From positions 95,206-159,205 of the forward strand of contig CABUGV010000002.1 of the NCBI GenBank assembly GCA_902491215.1: 64,000 bases of DNA, in the 5' to 3' direction. A program made the translations under genes and the position numbers. Numbering within the stretch: position 1 is the first letter of the stretch; each line of letters opens with the position of its first letter. The notes below the pieces were generated by a model that saw only the letters and a list, made by a program, of their open reading frames with translations, did not search any database and had not been told where the DNA came from. The stretch comes from an uncultured Bacteroides sp. Its GTDB lineage: Bacteria > Bacteroidota > Bacteroidia > Bacteroidales > Bacteroidaceae. Of this stretch, positions 1 through 11,190 are shown one piece after another.

Positions 1-2216
1 GAGGATTCGATATTTGCCAGATTATTCCAAGGCCCATCTGGAGATAATCTATAATCAATCTCCATATCCCTTAGCTTGTTTAAAAATTTAAATGAAAGCA
101 TAGCGCATTTCATTCCTGAAAAATCAAATTGGGGCAAAATAATCCTCGTTTTTTGATTAGCATAATCTTTATTATCGTATGCACAGAAAATAAGCATTTT
201 GTCATCATTCTCAAACAAACTGTCAACTTTCCAATCTGTATTACCTATGATATGTTCTTGTTTCCAATTGGAGTTCATGATACCTGAACTAAAATCTTCA
301 CGGAAAATTTTTGTATGCATAACTCCAACAACTGTTCTGGCCTCTCGCGTATTAACGCTAATCCATTTGTCTTTGATTTCATCATAACAGAACAACTTGT
401 AATAATACAAATTACGTTCGTCCAAATTATTATGAATATAAGACAATCCGTTACCTAAATATATGACAGAACCTCCTCCATTAATCGTCTCACCAATATT
501 ATATAAACGATTTTCAGGAGTTCCAAAAATCGGTTCTTTACTAACTGCCAACATGACTATAACATTCTTTTTCATTTTCCAAGAAAGAGCAACAGAGGAT
601 TCTGTGGTTTCCGATACAACAAAGCTATACGCATCAGTACAACCTGCATAATTAAAAGTAACATACCTGTTTTCTGCATCTTCCTCTATTTCTGTAATAG
701 ATAAATCCGTGGGAGCACCATTCCAATTAATCATACCAGGTTTAGAATAATCTGTTAACTCCTTAACATTCAAAGTCCCAGGAAAAGGAGTTGACGGACT
801 ATTGACATTTCCATATGACTCCGGAATCTCATTTGGTATTGAAAATTCAGAATTAGCACATAAAGGATAAAACTGTTGCCTATGTTTAGCATTTATACTA
901 TTGGAATAGTAACGACTTAACCCTTCTGATGCACGATAGATCATAAGTCCATTTCCAGGTATGCATGAATCAAAGCCATTTTTGCTTCTATATTCAACAA
1001 GAAAATATTCATCTTCTGTCTGTGTGTTTATTCTAACAAAACCTTCTTCAGACTTTGGATACAACGTGACATAAGTGGCTTCATTGAACATTTTCGGTTC
1101 AGCCCATCCAAAATCATATATTTTGACATATGGATTAAAATGAGCAGGACATGCCCCATCACCATTCCAGTTTCCAGAAGCCATCAAATCCCAATTTCCG
1201 GTTCCTTCATATTGTCCACCAGTTTTATAATTTGTATCATAAAAGTCCATGCATCCAAGTACGTGCCCCAACTCATGGCAAATTACACCAATATGTGTAA
1301 TATTGCTTCCCCTAGAGCCACGGATTTCCGGTGAACAAGAATACTTATTTATCATTTTACCGTCAAGTCTGGCTGATATGCTCCACGAATGAGCCCAAAT
1401 GCAATCACTGCCTCCACCAGCCTCTTCGCCCGGACCAGCATAGATTATATGTACACCGTCTACTGTACCATCGCCATCGTTGTCGTAATCAGCATAATTG
1501 ACATCTGCATCTGCCATCGTAACAGCTTCAAGAGCCATTTCATGAGGTCTCAAATCTTGCCCAAGACCATTATTGCCACCATAATAAGCACGTACATTGG
1601 CAAGATGATAAACACCAGCAACGTCTGTCGTCAAATCCAGTTTTCCGAAAGAGTTCTCACGATAAAAATCGCGCACACTTCCGTAACGACCATCACCTGT
1701 ATAATCGAGCTGGTTCATGAGCATCTCGAAATCCTGCTTGGTCTTCTGAAACTTATAATCTTGAAAATCAACCAGTATGAGCAACATTTTTCTTGTGCCT
1801 ACAATAGGTTTCTTGCTGTCGGACAAACTGGCTATCGTACGCCGACGAGCCTCTGCGGCCTGATTAAGCATATTGACCTGACGTGAAGAAAATGCGAGCT
1901 TCTTATCAATGGTCTGAAGCCTCATCCTCACATTTACATTACGTTCGTTAATATTAACGGCCAACATATCAGTTGGTTTCAAATCGCCATTGGAATCAAT
2001 ATCTGCAAACACAAGGTTACCATGCGAATCATAGAGAAGTGTGTAACCATCTTCACTTTCCGCCCACTTTACAAACTCACTGCCGTGCAGACGTATTTTC
2101 ACAATTGTACCATCGGGTTGTTTGAAATCAATCCAACCAGGATACGCAATGACTGCACTGCATATCTGCGCCACGGCAAAAGCCACAGCAAAAAACAAGA
2201 ACTTGATTTTTTTCAT
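1..2216 (-). CDS. Secreted zinc metalloprotease, M6/InhA-like family (C-terminus lies beyond the window start)
   Basis: Minus-strand ATG at 2214-2216 opens a continuous reading frame to position 1. It begins with a signal peptide (MKKIKFLFFAVAFAVAQICSA) and carries the HEXXH zinc motif (VICHELGHVLGCMDFYD). The C-terminal part has an FN3-like segment (YSFVVSETTESSVALSW). The track omits it because there is no in-window stop. Confidence 0.6.
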   Translation of the reverse strand, partial: MKKIKFLFFAVAFAVAQICSAVIAYPGWIDFKQPDGTIVKIRLHGSEFVKWAESEDGYTLLYDSHGNLVFADIDSNGDLKPTDMLAVNINERNVNVRMRLQTIDKKLAFSSRQVNMLNQAAEARRRTIASLSDSKKPIVGTRKMLLILVDFQDYKFQKTKQDFEMLMNQLDYTGDGRYGSVRDFYRENSFGKLDLTTDVAGVYHLANVRAYYGGNNGLGQDLRPHEMALEAVTMADADVNYADYDNDGDGTVDGVHIIYAGPGEEAGGGSDCIWAHSWSISARLDGKMINKYSCSPEIRGSRGSNITHIGVICHELGHVLGCMDFYDTNYKTGGQYEGTGNWDLMASGNWNGDGACPAHFNPYVKIYDFGWAEPKMFNEATYVTLYPKSEEGFVRINTQTEDEYFLVEYRSKNGFDSCIPGNGLMIYRASEGLSRYYSNSINAKHRQQFYPLCANSEFSIPNEIPESYGNVNSPSTPFPGTLNVKELTDYSKPGMINWNGAPTDLSITEIEEDAENRYVTFNYAGCTDAYSFVVSETTESSVALSWKMKKNVIVMLAVSKEPIFGTPENRLYNIGETINGGGSVIYLGNGLSYIHNNLDERNLYYYKLFCYDEIKDKWISVNTREARTVVGVMHTKIFREDFSSGIMNSNWKQEHIIGNTDWKVDSLFENDDKMLIFCAYDNKDYANQKTRIILPQFDFSGMKCAMLSFKFLNKLRDMEIDYRLSPDGPWNNLANIES

Positions 2217-2440
2217 AAGTGCTTTACCCCACTATTTTATTAACACAAAAATTTATAAACACCCCCAACTTATATATTTGTTCGTAGGTATGGCAAAGAT
2301 AATACAAAAAACATTAAAATAAAATATCCATCCTTAAAACCATAATAAACTACAATGTATCCGAATCATAAAAAACGACAAGCGATATAAAAACAGAAAT
2401 GAAAATCCTTATTTTCTCCTAAAAACTAAAAACAATAAAA

Positions 2441-2545
2441 CTGCGGGCGCTCAGAAAGATCATTCCGAGGGCTCAAAAAATTAATTACGAGCGCTCGCAG
2501 ATATTTAGAATGTTAAGAGCTGGCAGAAAAGCGACGTACGGAATG
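2441..2545 (+). repeat. Dispersed intergenic GC-palindrome repeat element, copy A
   Basis: Units gcgggcgctcagaaagatcatt / ccgagggctcaaaaaattaat / tacgagcgctcgcagatattt / gagctggcagaaaagcg. It aligns position-by-position with copy B at 15283-15372. Confidence 0.6.
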
Positions 2546-2674
2546 GCGGACGAAAGATACACCACAAAAAAATAAAAAGAAAGCGCGATACAGCACAGCA
2601 GATAAATCATCAAAAGTTATTTATCAACTATGCCGTATCGCGCTTATACTATAGTTCAGGAAAAAGGATGTATT

Positions 2675-4969
2675 CTAAATCTTTACATAATTGAGCCTCA
2701 GCGCATTCAACACGACGCTGACAGAAGAGAGTGCCATACATGCCGAAGCATACATCGGATTCATTGTGACACTTATGCCGAAGAGGTTGAGCACTCCTGC
2801 AGCAAGAGGTATGCAGAGTGCGTTGTAGGCAAACGCCCAGAAAAGTCCCATGCGTACGAAACGGCGGTAGAGAGCCGACAGACGCAAGGCACGTGGAAGA
2901 AGACGAAGGTCGTCGTTCATAATGGTAACGGAAGCGACTTCGTTTGCCACGTCTGTGCCTCGTCCCATGGCGATACCTACATCAGCACGTGCAAGAGCTT
3001 GTGAATCATTTATGCCATCGCCCACCATTGCCACAATCTCTCCATGTTCGCGGCATTCAGCAATATAGGCATCTTTTTCGTCCGGCAACATAGATGCGCG
3101 CCATTCGTCTATACCTACCTTTGAGGCTGTCTCTGAAGCAGGTGCTTCAGCATCGCCTGTGAGCATGACCAACTTCTTTCCCATGGCTTTGAGAGCGGCT
3201 ATTGCCTCGGAAGCTTCAGGACGTACACTGTCACTGACAGCGGCGGCGGCCAGAATTGTTTCGGCTGTACCGAAATAGACTATGCTGGCACCGGCAGGAC
3301 GCGATGCTGTCCATCGGACAAGGGATTCATCGGGTGAAAGTCCGCAGTCGGCCATAAATTTTGCATTACCAGCCCAGAAACGACGTCCTCCACAAACAGC
3401 TTTGATGCCACGTCCGGGGATGTTTTCAAAATCGGTCGCTTCAATGCCTGCAGAACTGCCAAGACGCGATGTAATGGCTTTGGACAACGGATGTCCGGAC
3501 AAAGCCTCTATTGCAGAAAAAGCTTTTATATCGGCTTCCGTTGCAGACGGTGAAGTAAATATGTCTTCGGCTACAGGTGTACCAAGAGTCAGTGTACCCG
3601 TCTTATCGAAAACGAATGTAGTGCAACGGCCGAGCTGTTCGAGAGCTTCAGCATTCTTGACAAGCACATGCATTCGTGCTCCGCGCCCTAGGGCTACAAC
3701 AAGCACTGTTGGTGCCGCTAGTCCAAGAGCACATGGGCAAGAAATGACAAGAACAGATACTGCGGAGAGAAGGCCTCGAGCGAAGGCTGCGGTGCCACCT
3801 GTGTAAAGCCATACAGCAAGGGTGAGTACGGCAAGCAGTATTACTACCGGTACGAAGAAGGAGGACACGCGATCGACCGTACGCTGAACCGGCGACTTGG
3901 AAGCCTGTGCGTCGGCCACCATACGTATGATTTTAGACAAGAGGGTATCGGAACCGACACTGTCGGCCGTCATGCGGAAAGCTCCATCGGTATTGACTGC
4001 TCCGGCAAGCACCTTGTCGCCTACAGTCTTGTCAACTGGAAGCGGTTCACCTGTAAACATACTCTCGTCGACTGCAGATGTTCCAGAAATAATGTGTCCG
4101 TCGACAGGTATCTTTTCGCCTGGACGCACCAAAAGTTCCATGCCGGCAACAACTGCAGAAACCGGCGTAGGCACTTCGCGTCCATCGCTGATTACACATG
4201 CTGTACGCGGACTCAATGCAGACAATGCACGGATGGATGATACGGCACGTCGCTTGGCACGTTCCTCAATGAGCTTGCCGGTGAGGACAAAAGCGATGAC
4301 CATTGAAGATGCTTCGAAATAGACGTAAGAGTCGAGTCCGCGATTCCAGAAAAAGAAGGGGTTATAGAGACTGAAAACGCTGAAAAGAAAAGACACTCCG
4401 GTACTTAGGGCTACGAGGGTGTCCATGTTGCAGCGTCCATGAATGGCCTGAAAGAAAGCACTGCGGTAGAAAGGGAATCCTGAATAGAGAATAACAGGAA
4501 GAGAGGCAACAAGTGCCAGACCGCTGAGCCACCAAGTTTCGCCGGTAACGACATGACACTCCATACCTATGAGCATGACCGGAATGGCAAATATCCATGC
4601 AACTATTGTACGGAAAAGAAGGGAACGGAAACGGCGTTTCTCGGCTAATGCAACTGCATCTGTAGATTCATCGACAGAAGGCGATGGAGAAATGCTTTCT
4701 GAAGGCTCTGGGGCTTCTGCATCAACAGGCGTAGGAGATGGTGTATCGGGAGTATCGACCACAAGTTCGAAAGAGAGACGTGCAAGACTTTCGGCCATAG
4801 CAGAAGGCGTAATCAGCGACGGATCGTAAGTTACGGTTACTGTGTTGGAAAAAAGGTCTACTGATACATCCTCAATTCCTTCGAGCCGCTTCAGCGACTT
4901 TTCTATGTTGGCCGCACAGACAGCACAGTGCATTCCCTGCACGGGCCATGTTTTCTTAAGTGTACTCAT
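2675..4969 (-). CDS. copA: Heavy-metal (Cu+) translocating P1B-type ATPase
   Basis: 764 aa. N-terminal HMA domain with GMHCAVCA, the CPC motif ([10 protein letters not shown]), the DKTGTLT phosphorylation site and the [10 protein letters not shown] hinge. An ATG sits at 4967-4969. Confidence 0.9.
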   Translation of the reverse strand: MSTLKKTWPVQGMHCAVCAANIEKSLKRLEGIEDVSVDLFSNTVTVTYDPSLITPSAMAESLARLSFELVVDTPDTPSPTPVDAEAPEPSESISPSPSVDESTDAVALAEKRRFRSLLFRTIVAWIFAIPVMLIGMECHVVTGETWWLSGLALVASLPVILYSGFPFYRSAFFQAIHGRCNMDTLVALSTGVSFLFSVFSLYNPFFFWNRGLDSYVYFEASSMVIAFVLTGKLIEERAKRRAVSSIRALSALSPRTACVISDGREVPTPVSAVVAGMELLVRPGEKIPVDGHIISGTSAVDESMFTGEPLPVDKTVGDKVLAGAVNTDGAFRMTADSVGSDTLLSKIIRMVADAQASKSPVQRTVDRVSSFFVPVVILLAVLTLAVWLYTGGTAAFARGLLSAVSVLVISCPCALGLAAPTVLVVALGRGARMHVLVKNAEALEQLGRCTTFVFDKTGTLTLGTPVAEDIFTSPSATEADIKAFSAIEALSGHPLSKAITSRLGSSAGIEATDFENIPGRGIKAVCGGRRFWAGNAKFMADCGLSPDESLVRWTASRPAGASIVYFGTAETILAAAAVSDSVRPEASEAIAALKAMGKKLVMLTGDAEAPASETASKVGIDEWRASMLPDEKDAYIAECREHGEIVAMVGDGINDSQALARADVGIAMGRGTDVANEVASVTIMNDDLRLLPRALRLSALYRRFVRMGLFWAFAYNALCIPLAAGVLNLFGISVTMNPMYASACMALSSVSVVLNALRLNYVKI

Positions 4970-5078
4970 ATCAAGGCTTAAATAAAATCGTTCATCAACT
5001 TTCGTTGCAACTGAAACGTGTTATGCCTCAGTGCAGAAAGTATCGGCAACAAAATTACAAAATAAGGATAAAAGATAG

Positions 5079-5108
5079 TTTGCTTTTGGCTTTTTAGTTA
5101 TAATTTTG
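5079..5108 (+). promoter_or_regulatory. Candidate Bacteroidetes sigma-A promoter (TTTG ... TAnnTTTG) for the lipoprotein gene
   Basis: TTTG at about 5079-5082 and TAatTTTG at about 5101-5108, roughly 27 nt upstream of the ATG at 5135. The spacing is 18 nt against a consensus of 19-21. Confidence 0.3.
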
Positions 5109-5134
5109 CAACCGGATTTCAAAAAGTCGAAAGA

Positions 5135-5959
5135 ATGAAGAACAGTATAATCGCAGCACTGGTTTCGGCATTGTCAGTAATATGCATGTCGGGATGCGGA
5201 GAAAGCGCAGGAATGATGTTTGAGAATGTAGGTGATTCAATTTCATACCGTCTTGACAGCACTGCAGGAAGTGCCTCGCCGACACTGAGCATAAAAATAG
5301 ATATGCAGTTTGCAAAAACAGATACAGAAGATGAATTGGCGAAAAAGGCTGCGGAAACCATAAACACGAATATTGAAAACGAAGTGTTCTCCATGAGCGG
5401 TATGCCGGAAGAGGTTGTCGACTCGTTCATAAAGTCGAGTACAGAACTTTATGCGCAGACAATGTTTCCTCTATATGCCGAAGACAAACAAAAGGGCGCA
5501 ACCATGGCATCGGCTTACGACAACTACCACAACATAAGCGGAAAGGCTGTCGAGGGACACAGCGGAATAATAAACTACATGGTGACTGAAGAGATGTACA
5601 ACGGCGGTGCGCATCCGGTAAGTGTAACCACATATCTGAACTTCAACAGAGAAACAGGAGAGCTGATAGAACTGGATGCTCTCTTCAAGGAGGGATACAA
5701 GGAGAAACTGGACGATATTCTGCTTAAAGCACTTATGAAACAGTGCGGTGCAAAAAACGTAAAGGAGCTCAACGATGCCGGATATCTCTGCTTTACAGAC
5801 ATGTATGCAAGCAGCAATTTCCTTCTGAAAGAGGACGAAATTGAATTCTACTACAACGTGTATGAAATAGCACCGTACGTTATGGGACCTACGGTACTTA
5901 ACATAAAATATGAGGAGATTAAGGATTTAATGATTGACAACTCAAAGGATTTCAAATAA
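5135..5959 (+). CDS. Lipoprotein, DUF3298/DUF4163-like (RsiV-like fold)
   Basis: Lipobox signal (MKNSIIAALVSALSVICMSGCG) and an NGGAHP motif of the kind found in DUF3298 proteins. Confidence 0.5.
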   Translation: MKNSIIAALVSALSVICMSGCGESAGMMFENVGDSISYRLDSTAGSASPTLSIKIDMQFAKTDTEDELAKKAAETINTNIENEVFSMSGMPEEVVDSFIKSSTELYAQTMFPLYAEDKQKGATMASAYDNYHNISGKAVEGHSGIINYMVTEEMYNGGAHPVSVTTYLNFNRETGELIELDALFKEGYKEKLDDILLKALMKQCGAKNVKELNDAGYLCFTDMYASSNFLLKEDEIEFYYNVYEIAPYVMGPTVLNIKYEEIKDLMIDNSKDFK

Positions 5960-6600
5960 TGGACACAGGATTGGACAACATATTCGGATACTTTCCAGAA
6001 CTAAGCGACAGACAGAAGGAACAGATGGCACAGCTATATCCGCTGTATGCCGACTGGAACAGCAAAATCAACGTGATAAGCCGTAAAGATATTGACAACC
6101 TGTATGTTCACCATATACTGCACTCGCTGGGCATAGCAAAGGTCGTAAAATTCAGAGAGGGAACACGCATAATGGACGTGGGCACGGGAGGCGGCCTGCC
6201 GGGAATACCGCTAGCGATAATGTTTCCGGAATGCAAATTTCACCTCGTGGACAGCATAGGCAAGAAAATACGCGTAGCCCAAGAAATTGCAAATGCACTG
6301 GGATTGGAAAACGTTACTCTCAGACACTGCCGCGCTGAGGAAGAGAAAGATGAATTCGACTTTGTGGTGACACGTGGCGTCATGCCTTTGGTTGACCTGG
6401 TTAAAGCCATAAGGAAAAATATCGGAAGAGAGCAGAAGAACTCTATTTCCAACGGTATTCTGGCACTTAAGGGAGGAGAACTGGGAAGCGAGATTGCACC
6501 GATGAAAAATATATGTACGACATGGGATCTGAAAGACTTCTTCAAGGAGGAGTTTTTTGAAACGAAAAAGGTTGTACACGTTGCCATCGGCAAGAAATGA
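5959..6600 (+). CDS. rsmG: 16S rRNA (guanine527-N7)-methyltransferase
   Basis: SAM-binding motif (MDVGTGGGLPGIPLAI) and GidB-like length (213 aa). Its start overlaps the stop of the upstream gene (TAATGG). Confidence 0.85.
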   Translation: MDTGLDNIFGYFPELSDRQKEQMAQLYPLYADWNSKINVISRKDIDNLYVHHILHSLGIAKVVKFREGTRIMDVGTGGGLPGIPLAIMFPECKFHLVDSIGKKIRVAQEIANALGLENVTLRHCRAEEEKDEFDFVVTRGVMPLVDLVKAIRKNIGREQKNSISNGILALKGGELGSEIAPMKNICTTWDLKDFFKEEFFETKKVVHVAIGKK

Positions 6601-6657
6601 CAATAAGAATAGAGAGTTTTTTTAAATAACTTACCAAAATAAAGCAAGAGAAACGAA

Positions 6658-7302
6658 ATGCTCAAGGTAAAGAAATTCACAGTCAATCCTGTGCAGGAGA
6701 ACTGCTATGTGGTCAGCGACGAGACAAAAGAGGCTGTCATCATAGACTGCGGATGTTTTGACGAATTTGAATGGGATGACATTGAAAACTATATTAAGAA
6801 CAATGGTCTTAAACCGATGCATCTGCTGAACACTCACCTGCATTTCGATCACAGTCTTGGAAACCATTTTGCATACAAGGCGTTCGGACTGAAGCCGGAA
6901 GCAAGCATAAAGGACAGCAGTACTTATGAGAACATGAGAAACCAGCTGCGCATGTTTTTAGGCACAGACGAGCTGTACCACGAACAACCGGCTATAGGAA
7001 AAGACCTTAAGCAGAACGATAAAGTGGAATTCGGCAAGACTGTATTCGACGTTATCGAGACTCCTGGACATACACCTGGAGGAATATGTTTCTACTGCAA
7101 GGAAGAAGGAATGCTTTGGGCTGGAGATACGCTCTTCAGAGGAAGCATCGGAAGGACTGACCTTCCTGGAGGAAATTACAGAGAACTTGTATACGGTATT
7201 GCAGAGAAACTGCTCACACTGCCTGAAGAAACACAGGTATATTGCGGGCATGGGCCTTCTACCAGCATAGGATTTGAGAAAGACAACAATCCTTATCTAT
7301 AA
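6658..7302 (+). CDS. MBL-fold metallo-hydrolase (glyoxalase II-like)
   Basis: HLHFDHSLG metal-binding motif; 214 aa. Confidence 0.8.
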   Translation: MLKVKKFTVNPVQENCYVVSDETKEAVIIDCGCFDEFEWDDIENYIKNNGLKPMHLLNTHLHFDHSLGNHFAYKAFGLKPEASIKDSSTYENMRNQLRMFLGTDELYHEQPAIGKDLKQNDKVEFGKTVFDVIETPGHTPGGICFYCKEEGMLWAGDTLFRGSIGRTDLPGGNYRELVYGIAEKLLTLPEETQVYCGHGPSTSIGFEKDNNPYL

Positions 7303-7334
7303 TATAAAAAACTCTAAAAGGGGCAAACTTCAAA

Positions 7335-7844
7335 ATGAAAAGTACGGTCGATAAAGTTGCAGAATGTGTGATGGAATATTTCATGAAAGAAGATCCGACA
7401 CAGATTCCGCATACACAATGCGTAGCAAGCTATACACACTACATTGCCGTTTGTGAAAATCTGCCTGAACATGAGACCGGTCTGATTGAGATGGCAGCAT
7501 GGATGCATGATATCGGATGTCCCGAGTCTAAAAAGAAATATGGCAACACACTACCGGTACATCAGGAGGAAGAGGGAAGAATTGTGGCCGGTGAGCTGCT
7601 CAAAAATATTGACGGACTTACTGAAAACGAAAAAGCATGGATAGCCGATGTTGTCGGCAATCATCACAAGCGTGCTGAAGTAGACAGACTGAAATTTGCT
7701 CCACTGTTCGATGCCGATTGCATAGTAAACATGACAGAAGGATATTATCCGAAAGAAAATGCCGGAACATTCCTTGAAAAAGCTATGTCGACAAAGTGCG
7801 GTAAGGAAATCTTCAGAAAACTGTTTCTTGAAGCCAAACAATAA
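7335..7844 (+). CDS. HD-domain phosphohydrolase
   Basis: H...HDIG signature (WMHDIGCPE) and a downstream D. Confidence 0.7.
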   Translation: MKSTVDKVAECVMEYFMKEDPTQIPHTQCVASYTHYIAVCENLPEHETGLIEMAAWMHDIGCPESKKKYGNTLPVHQEEEGRIVAGELLKNIDGLTENEKAWIADVVGNHHKRAEVDRLKFAPLFDADCIVNMTEGYYPKENAGTFLEKAMSTKCGKEIFRKLFLEAKQ

Positions 7845-7892
7845 AAGTCTATACAGAGAATTTGAAAAACATAACAACCAACGTCAGCACCT

Positions 7893-8342
7893 ATGAAAAA
7901 GATTGAGAATTTTTGGGACAAAGTGGACGGTTTCAAGTGTTTTGGATGCAGCAAGCACAACGACCACGGACTGCACATGGAATTTTGGGAAGACGGCGAC
8001 AAGGTAGTGAGCCATTGGAAGCCTGAAACTTTCTACGAAGGATGGATAGGCATCATACACGGCGGAATACAGGCCACATTGTGTGACGAGACTGCCGGAT
8101 GGACGGTCATAAGCAAGCTTAATGCAAAAGCTGTGACAGCCAAAATGGAAATAAAATATATCCGTCCTGTGGAATCATCTGAAAAAGAGCTTGTGCTGGA
8201 ATCAAGAATTGTCAAACATCACAACAAGCTTGTGGTAATCGAAGTGGACTTGCTGAACAGCAAGAACCAAAAGTGCGCTGAAGCAACATGCACTTATTTC
8301 ATAACTCCCGAAGAAGGAAACTCAACTACCAATCCATCATAA
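7893..8342 (+). CDS. PaaI-family hotdog-fold thioesterase
   Basis: HGG motif (GIIHGGIQATLCDETAGW); 149 aa. Confidence 0.7.
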   Translation: MKKIENFWDKVDGFKCFGCSKHNDHGLHMEFWEDGDKVVSHWKPETFYEGWIGIIHGGIQATLCDETAGWTVISKLNAKAVTAKMEIKYIRPVESSEKELVLESRIVKHHNKLVVIEVDLLNSKNQKCAEATCTYFITPEEGNSTTNPS

Positions 8343-9079
8343 GCAAGATGGAAACCTTCGGGCAAACGTGCCTGTTCGCTTTCATGTGGAAGGATCTGGT
8401 GGCCCATGTGAATGATATATGTGTCGACAGCCCCTACCCTGCGCGAGAAATCAATGGCTTCTTCAATTGTCTGATGGCTGTAGTGCATTGTGTGCCTGAG
8501 ACCGTTTACAAAAAGAAGCTTTACTCCATTTAAATACTCATATTCGGTTTCCGGGATGCTCTTCATGTCTGTTATATAGGCAAAATCACCTATTCTGTAT
8601 CCCAATATAGGAAGATTGCCGTGCATTACGCGCAATGGCATTATCTGTACTCCTTTTACCGTTACAGGCACATGCGGTTCGATGTTGTAAAGATTGATGG
8701 ACGGCACGCCCGGATAACGTTTTTCCGGCGGAAGGAAACAATATGGTATGCGCTCGCGAAGATGGTTGGCACAGAATTCTTCCGCATAAACGTCGACATC
8801 GCCGAAATTGCAGTAAGGCCTCAAATCGTCAAGACCACCTACATGGTCATAGTGCTCATGGGTGATGAGAACGGCATCGAGTTTGGCAAAAGGTACAGAA
8901 AGCATCTGCTCGCGGAAATCAGGACCGCAATCAATAAGAATCTTGACGCCATCTACATCCACAAGCGAGGAACAGCGCAGACGCTTGTCGCGCTTGTCTG
9001 TTGAACGACATACTTCACATCTGCATCCTATCTGTGGAACTCCGGTTGATGTACCGCTTCCCAAAACCGTTATCTTCAT
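8294..9079 (-). CDS. MBL-fold metallo-hydrolase (PhnP-like)
   Basis: MKITVLGSGTSTGVPQIGCRCEVC N-terminus and HEHYDHVGG motif. Its 3' end overlaps the convergent thioesterase gene by 49 bp. Confidence 0.75.
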   Translation of the reverse strand: MKITVLGSGTSTGVPQIGCRCEVCRSTDKRDKRLRCSSLVDVDGVKILIDCGPDFREQMLSVPFAKLDAVLITHEHYDHVGGLDDLRPYCNFGDVDVYAEEFCANHLRERIPYCFLPPEKRYPGVPSINLYNIEPHVPVTVKGVQIMPLRVMHGNLPILGYRIGDFAYITDMKSIPETEYEYLNGVKLLFVNGLRHTMHYSHQTIEEAIDFSRRVGAVDTYIIHMGHQILPHESEQARLPEGFHLAYDGLVVEFPSSGVMK

Positions 9080-9170
9080 ATATTATTTGATTGAAGTTCT
9101 GATTATTATAAATATAAAGGTATACAAACCACCTTTTCCGCCATGGAAAATATTTATCCGAATGTTGCTG

Positions 9171-10169
9171 TCAGATTATATTTACTTCGGGACTTATAGA
9201 TATGCCGAACTTTTCGCTTACGCTTTGGCAAACAGCATTGCTGAGGGCTACGATATCGCTTCCTGTTGCACCACCAAGATTTATAAGTACCAAAGCTTGA
9301 TTCGGGCAGACACCGGCACGTCCTAAAGACTTACCTTTCCAACCGCATTTTTCAATAAGCCAACCGGCAGGAATCTTCACACCTCCATCTACTATATAGT
9401 GCGGCATATCAGGATTTTCGGTTTTCAGTGCTTCGTACTTCTCAAGACTCACTACAGGATTCATGAAGAAACTACCTGCATTGCCTGTTACTTCTGGATC
9501 AGGCAATTTGCTTTGTCGTATGTCGATGACTGCATTTCTCACATTCTCAGGTGTAAGTTCTTTTCCCAGAAGCTTTTCACGCACATTTCCGTAATCGATT
9601 TTAGGCTGGAACACTTTCGACAATCTGTATGTTACATAAGTTACTGCGTAACGTCCTTTAAGATCGTTCTTGAAAATGCTCTTGCGATAACCGTAACCGC
9701 ATTCGGCGTTAAGGAATACACGACGTGTACCATCTGTCAAATCAATAGTTTCGACATTTTCAATCAAATCTTTTGCTTCTACGCCATAAGCACCTATGTT
9801 CTGCACTGCAGAAGCTCCTACTTCACCCGGAATGAGCGAAAGATTTTCTGCTCCTGACCATCCCTTTTCTACAGCATAAGAAACAAAATCATCCCACTGT
9901 ACTCCAGCACCAACTTTGACTGATACAGAAGCTTCATTTTCTGCCACAACCGATATTCCAGCTATTGCCGAATGGAGAATGATTCCATCATAATTTCCGC
10001 AGAAAAGAATGTTGCTACCGCCACCAATGTGCAGGAATCTGTGTTCATGCAACAAAGGAAGAATGCTGATAAGTTCTTCTTCACTTACGTATTCTATAAA
10101 ACGTTCGGCACGGACATCCATGCCGAAAGTATTATGTTTCAAAAGAGAATAATCGTTTAAATCTTTCAT
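9171..10169 (-). CDS. murB: UDP-N-acetylenolpyruvoylglucosamine reductase
   Basis: FAD-binding N-terminus ([15 protein letters not shown]...[10 protein letters not shown]) and the MurB C-terminal domain; 332 aa. Confidence 0.9.
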   Translation of the reverse strand: MKDLNDYSLLKHNTFGMDVRAERFIEYVSEEELISILPLLHEHRFLHIGGGSNILFCGNYDGIILHSAIAGISVVAENEASVSVKVGAGVQWDDFVSYAVEKGWSGAENLSLIPGEVGASAVQNIGAYGVEAKDLIENVETIDLTDGTRRVFLNAECGYGYRKSIFKNDLKGRYAVTYVTYRLSKVFQPKIDYGNVREKLLGKELTPENVRNAVIDIRQSKLPDPEVTGNAGSFFMNPVVSLEKYEALKTENPDMPHYIVDGGVKIPAGWLIEKCGWKGKSLGRAGVCPNQALVLINLGGATGSDIVALSNAVCQSVSEKFGISISPEVNII

Positions 10170-10207
10170 CGGTGTGAGAAAATATATGTCGAAAATGCAC
10201 AGTTTTT

Positions 10208-11047
10208 TCAGATTTCAATGCGGAACAACCTCCACTGACCGTTGCTTCGGTCGAATGTGTATTTTACGAAAAGGCTGTTGCTTACTCCCTCAATAAGAAG
10301 AATCTTACGGTTCTGACTGAAATAGGACTGTCCGTAATTGATGTTTATGAGAAACTCATTCGGAAGTGGCATATCTTTCTTGAAATCCTTCCAACCGCTT
10401 TCACTCAAAGTCTCCTCTTCGTACTTTGTGTCGTCATCTTCATTGGAAATCAAGAGTTTCAATGGATGAGCAAGACTCTTTTCATAAGATATAGAATCGC
10501 TCACGAAATCTGCATAAAAACGAAGGAAACTGCCGTTTGGATTGTGATAGAAATCACTCTTCTCAATATCCATGAGAATCCAAACGCCTTTTATACGTTG
10601 AAAATTATATTTCTCAATATAGGCGTCGTGAAGATAAATCCATTCTACACTCACATGAGATAGAGACGTATCTTTCTGAAGATCAATTTCGTTTTCCCTT
10701 TCATATAGAGCAGAATAATAATCCTGACTGGTAAATCTGTTGAAATTCTTCCAGTCTGAACGGGAAATTTTCAGCTTTTCGTCTCCATCCTTGCATACGA
10801 GAGGGAACTTGATGCGGCTCATCTGAAAAGACTCGTCGGAAGTGAAACTATAGAAGAAATCATTGAAAAGCTCATCTGCCGACTTTGGAACCTCCACTTC
10901 ATCGAAGAGATCCAATGTATCTTCTTCCTCAGCAACTACAACCGAATCAGAAACAGCATCCGGCTCTACTTCTTTTTCTGGTCCTCCATTAGAGCAAGAA
11001 GCGACCATGAAACATAAAACCAAGAAATAAAATATCTTTCTTTTCAT
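10208..11047 (-). CDS. Hypothetical lipoprotein
   Basis: Signal peptide plus lipobox ([21 protein letters not shown]). No recognisable catalytic motif. Confidence 0.5.
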   Translation of the reverse strand: MKRKIFYFLVLCFMVASCSNGGPEKEVEPDAVSDSVVVAEEEDTLDLFDEVEVPKSADELFNDFFYSFTSDESFQMSRIKFPLVCKDGDEKLKISRSDWKNFNRFTSQDYYSALYERENEIDLQKDTSLSHVSVEWIYLHDAYIEKYNFQRIKGVWILMDIEKSDFYHNPNGSFLRFYADFVSDSISYEKSLAHPLKLLISNEDDDTKYEEETLSESGWKDFKKDMPLPNEFLININYGQSYFSQNRKILLIEGVSNSLFVKYTFDRSNGQWRLFRIEI

Positions 11048-11135
11048 ACATTTACATGTGCAGAATAGAACCTGCCACTTATAAAACCGTGCAAATTTAG
11101 CTGTTTCTTTTTTACATTAAAGCACAATCTAAAGT

Positions 11136-11151
11136 TATTTGCTTATCTTTG
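11136..11151 (+). promoter_or_regulatory. Candidate -7 TAnnTTTG promoter element upstream of pheS
   Basis: TAtcTTTG at about 11144-11151, about 40 nt upstream of the ATG. There is no well-spaced -33 TTTG, so this is weak. Confidence 0.25.
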
Positions 11152-11190
11152 TGCATAAAATTACAACTAGAACTATAATTTTCACATACC

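Noticed and set aside
3282-4322. ORFs 3282-3806 (+, 174 aa) and 3897-4322 (+, 141 aa) antisense to copA
   Set aside because: They are embedded entirely inside the well-supported P-type ATPase gene on the opposite strand. Their Ala/Arg/Pro/Ser-rich translations are typical of antisense reading of a GC-rich coding frame, and they carry no motifs.
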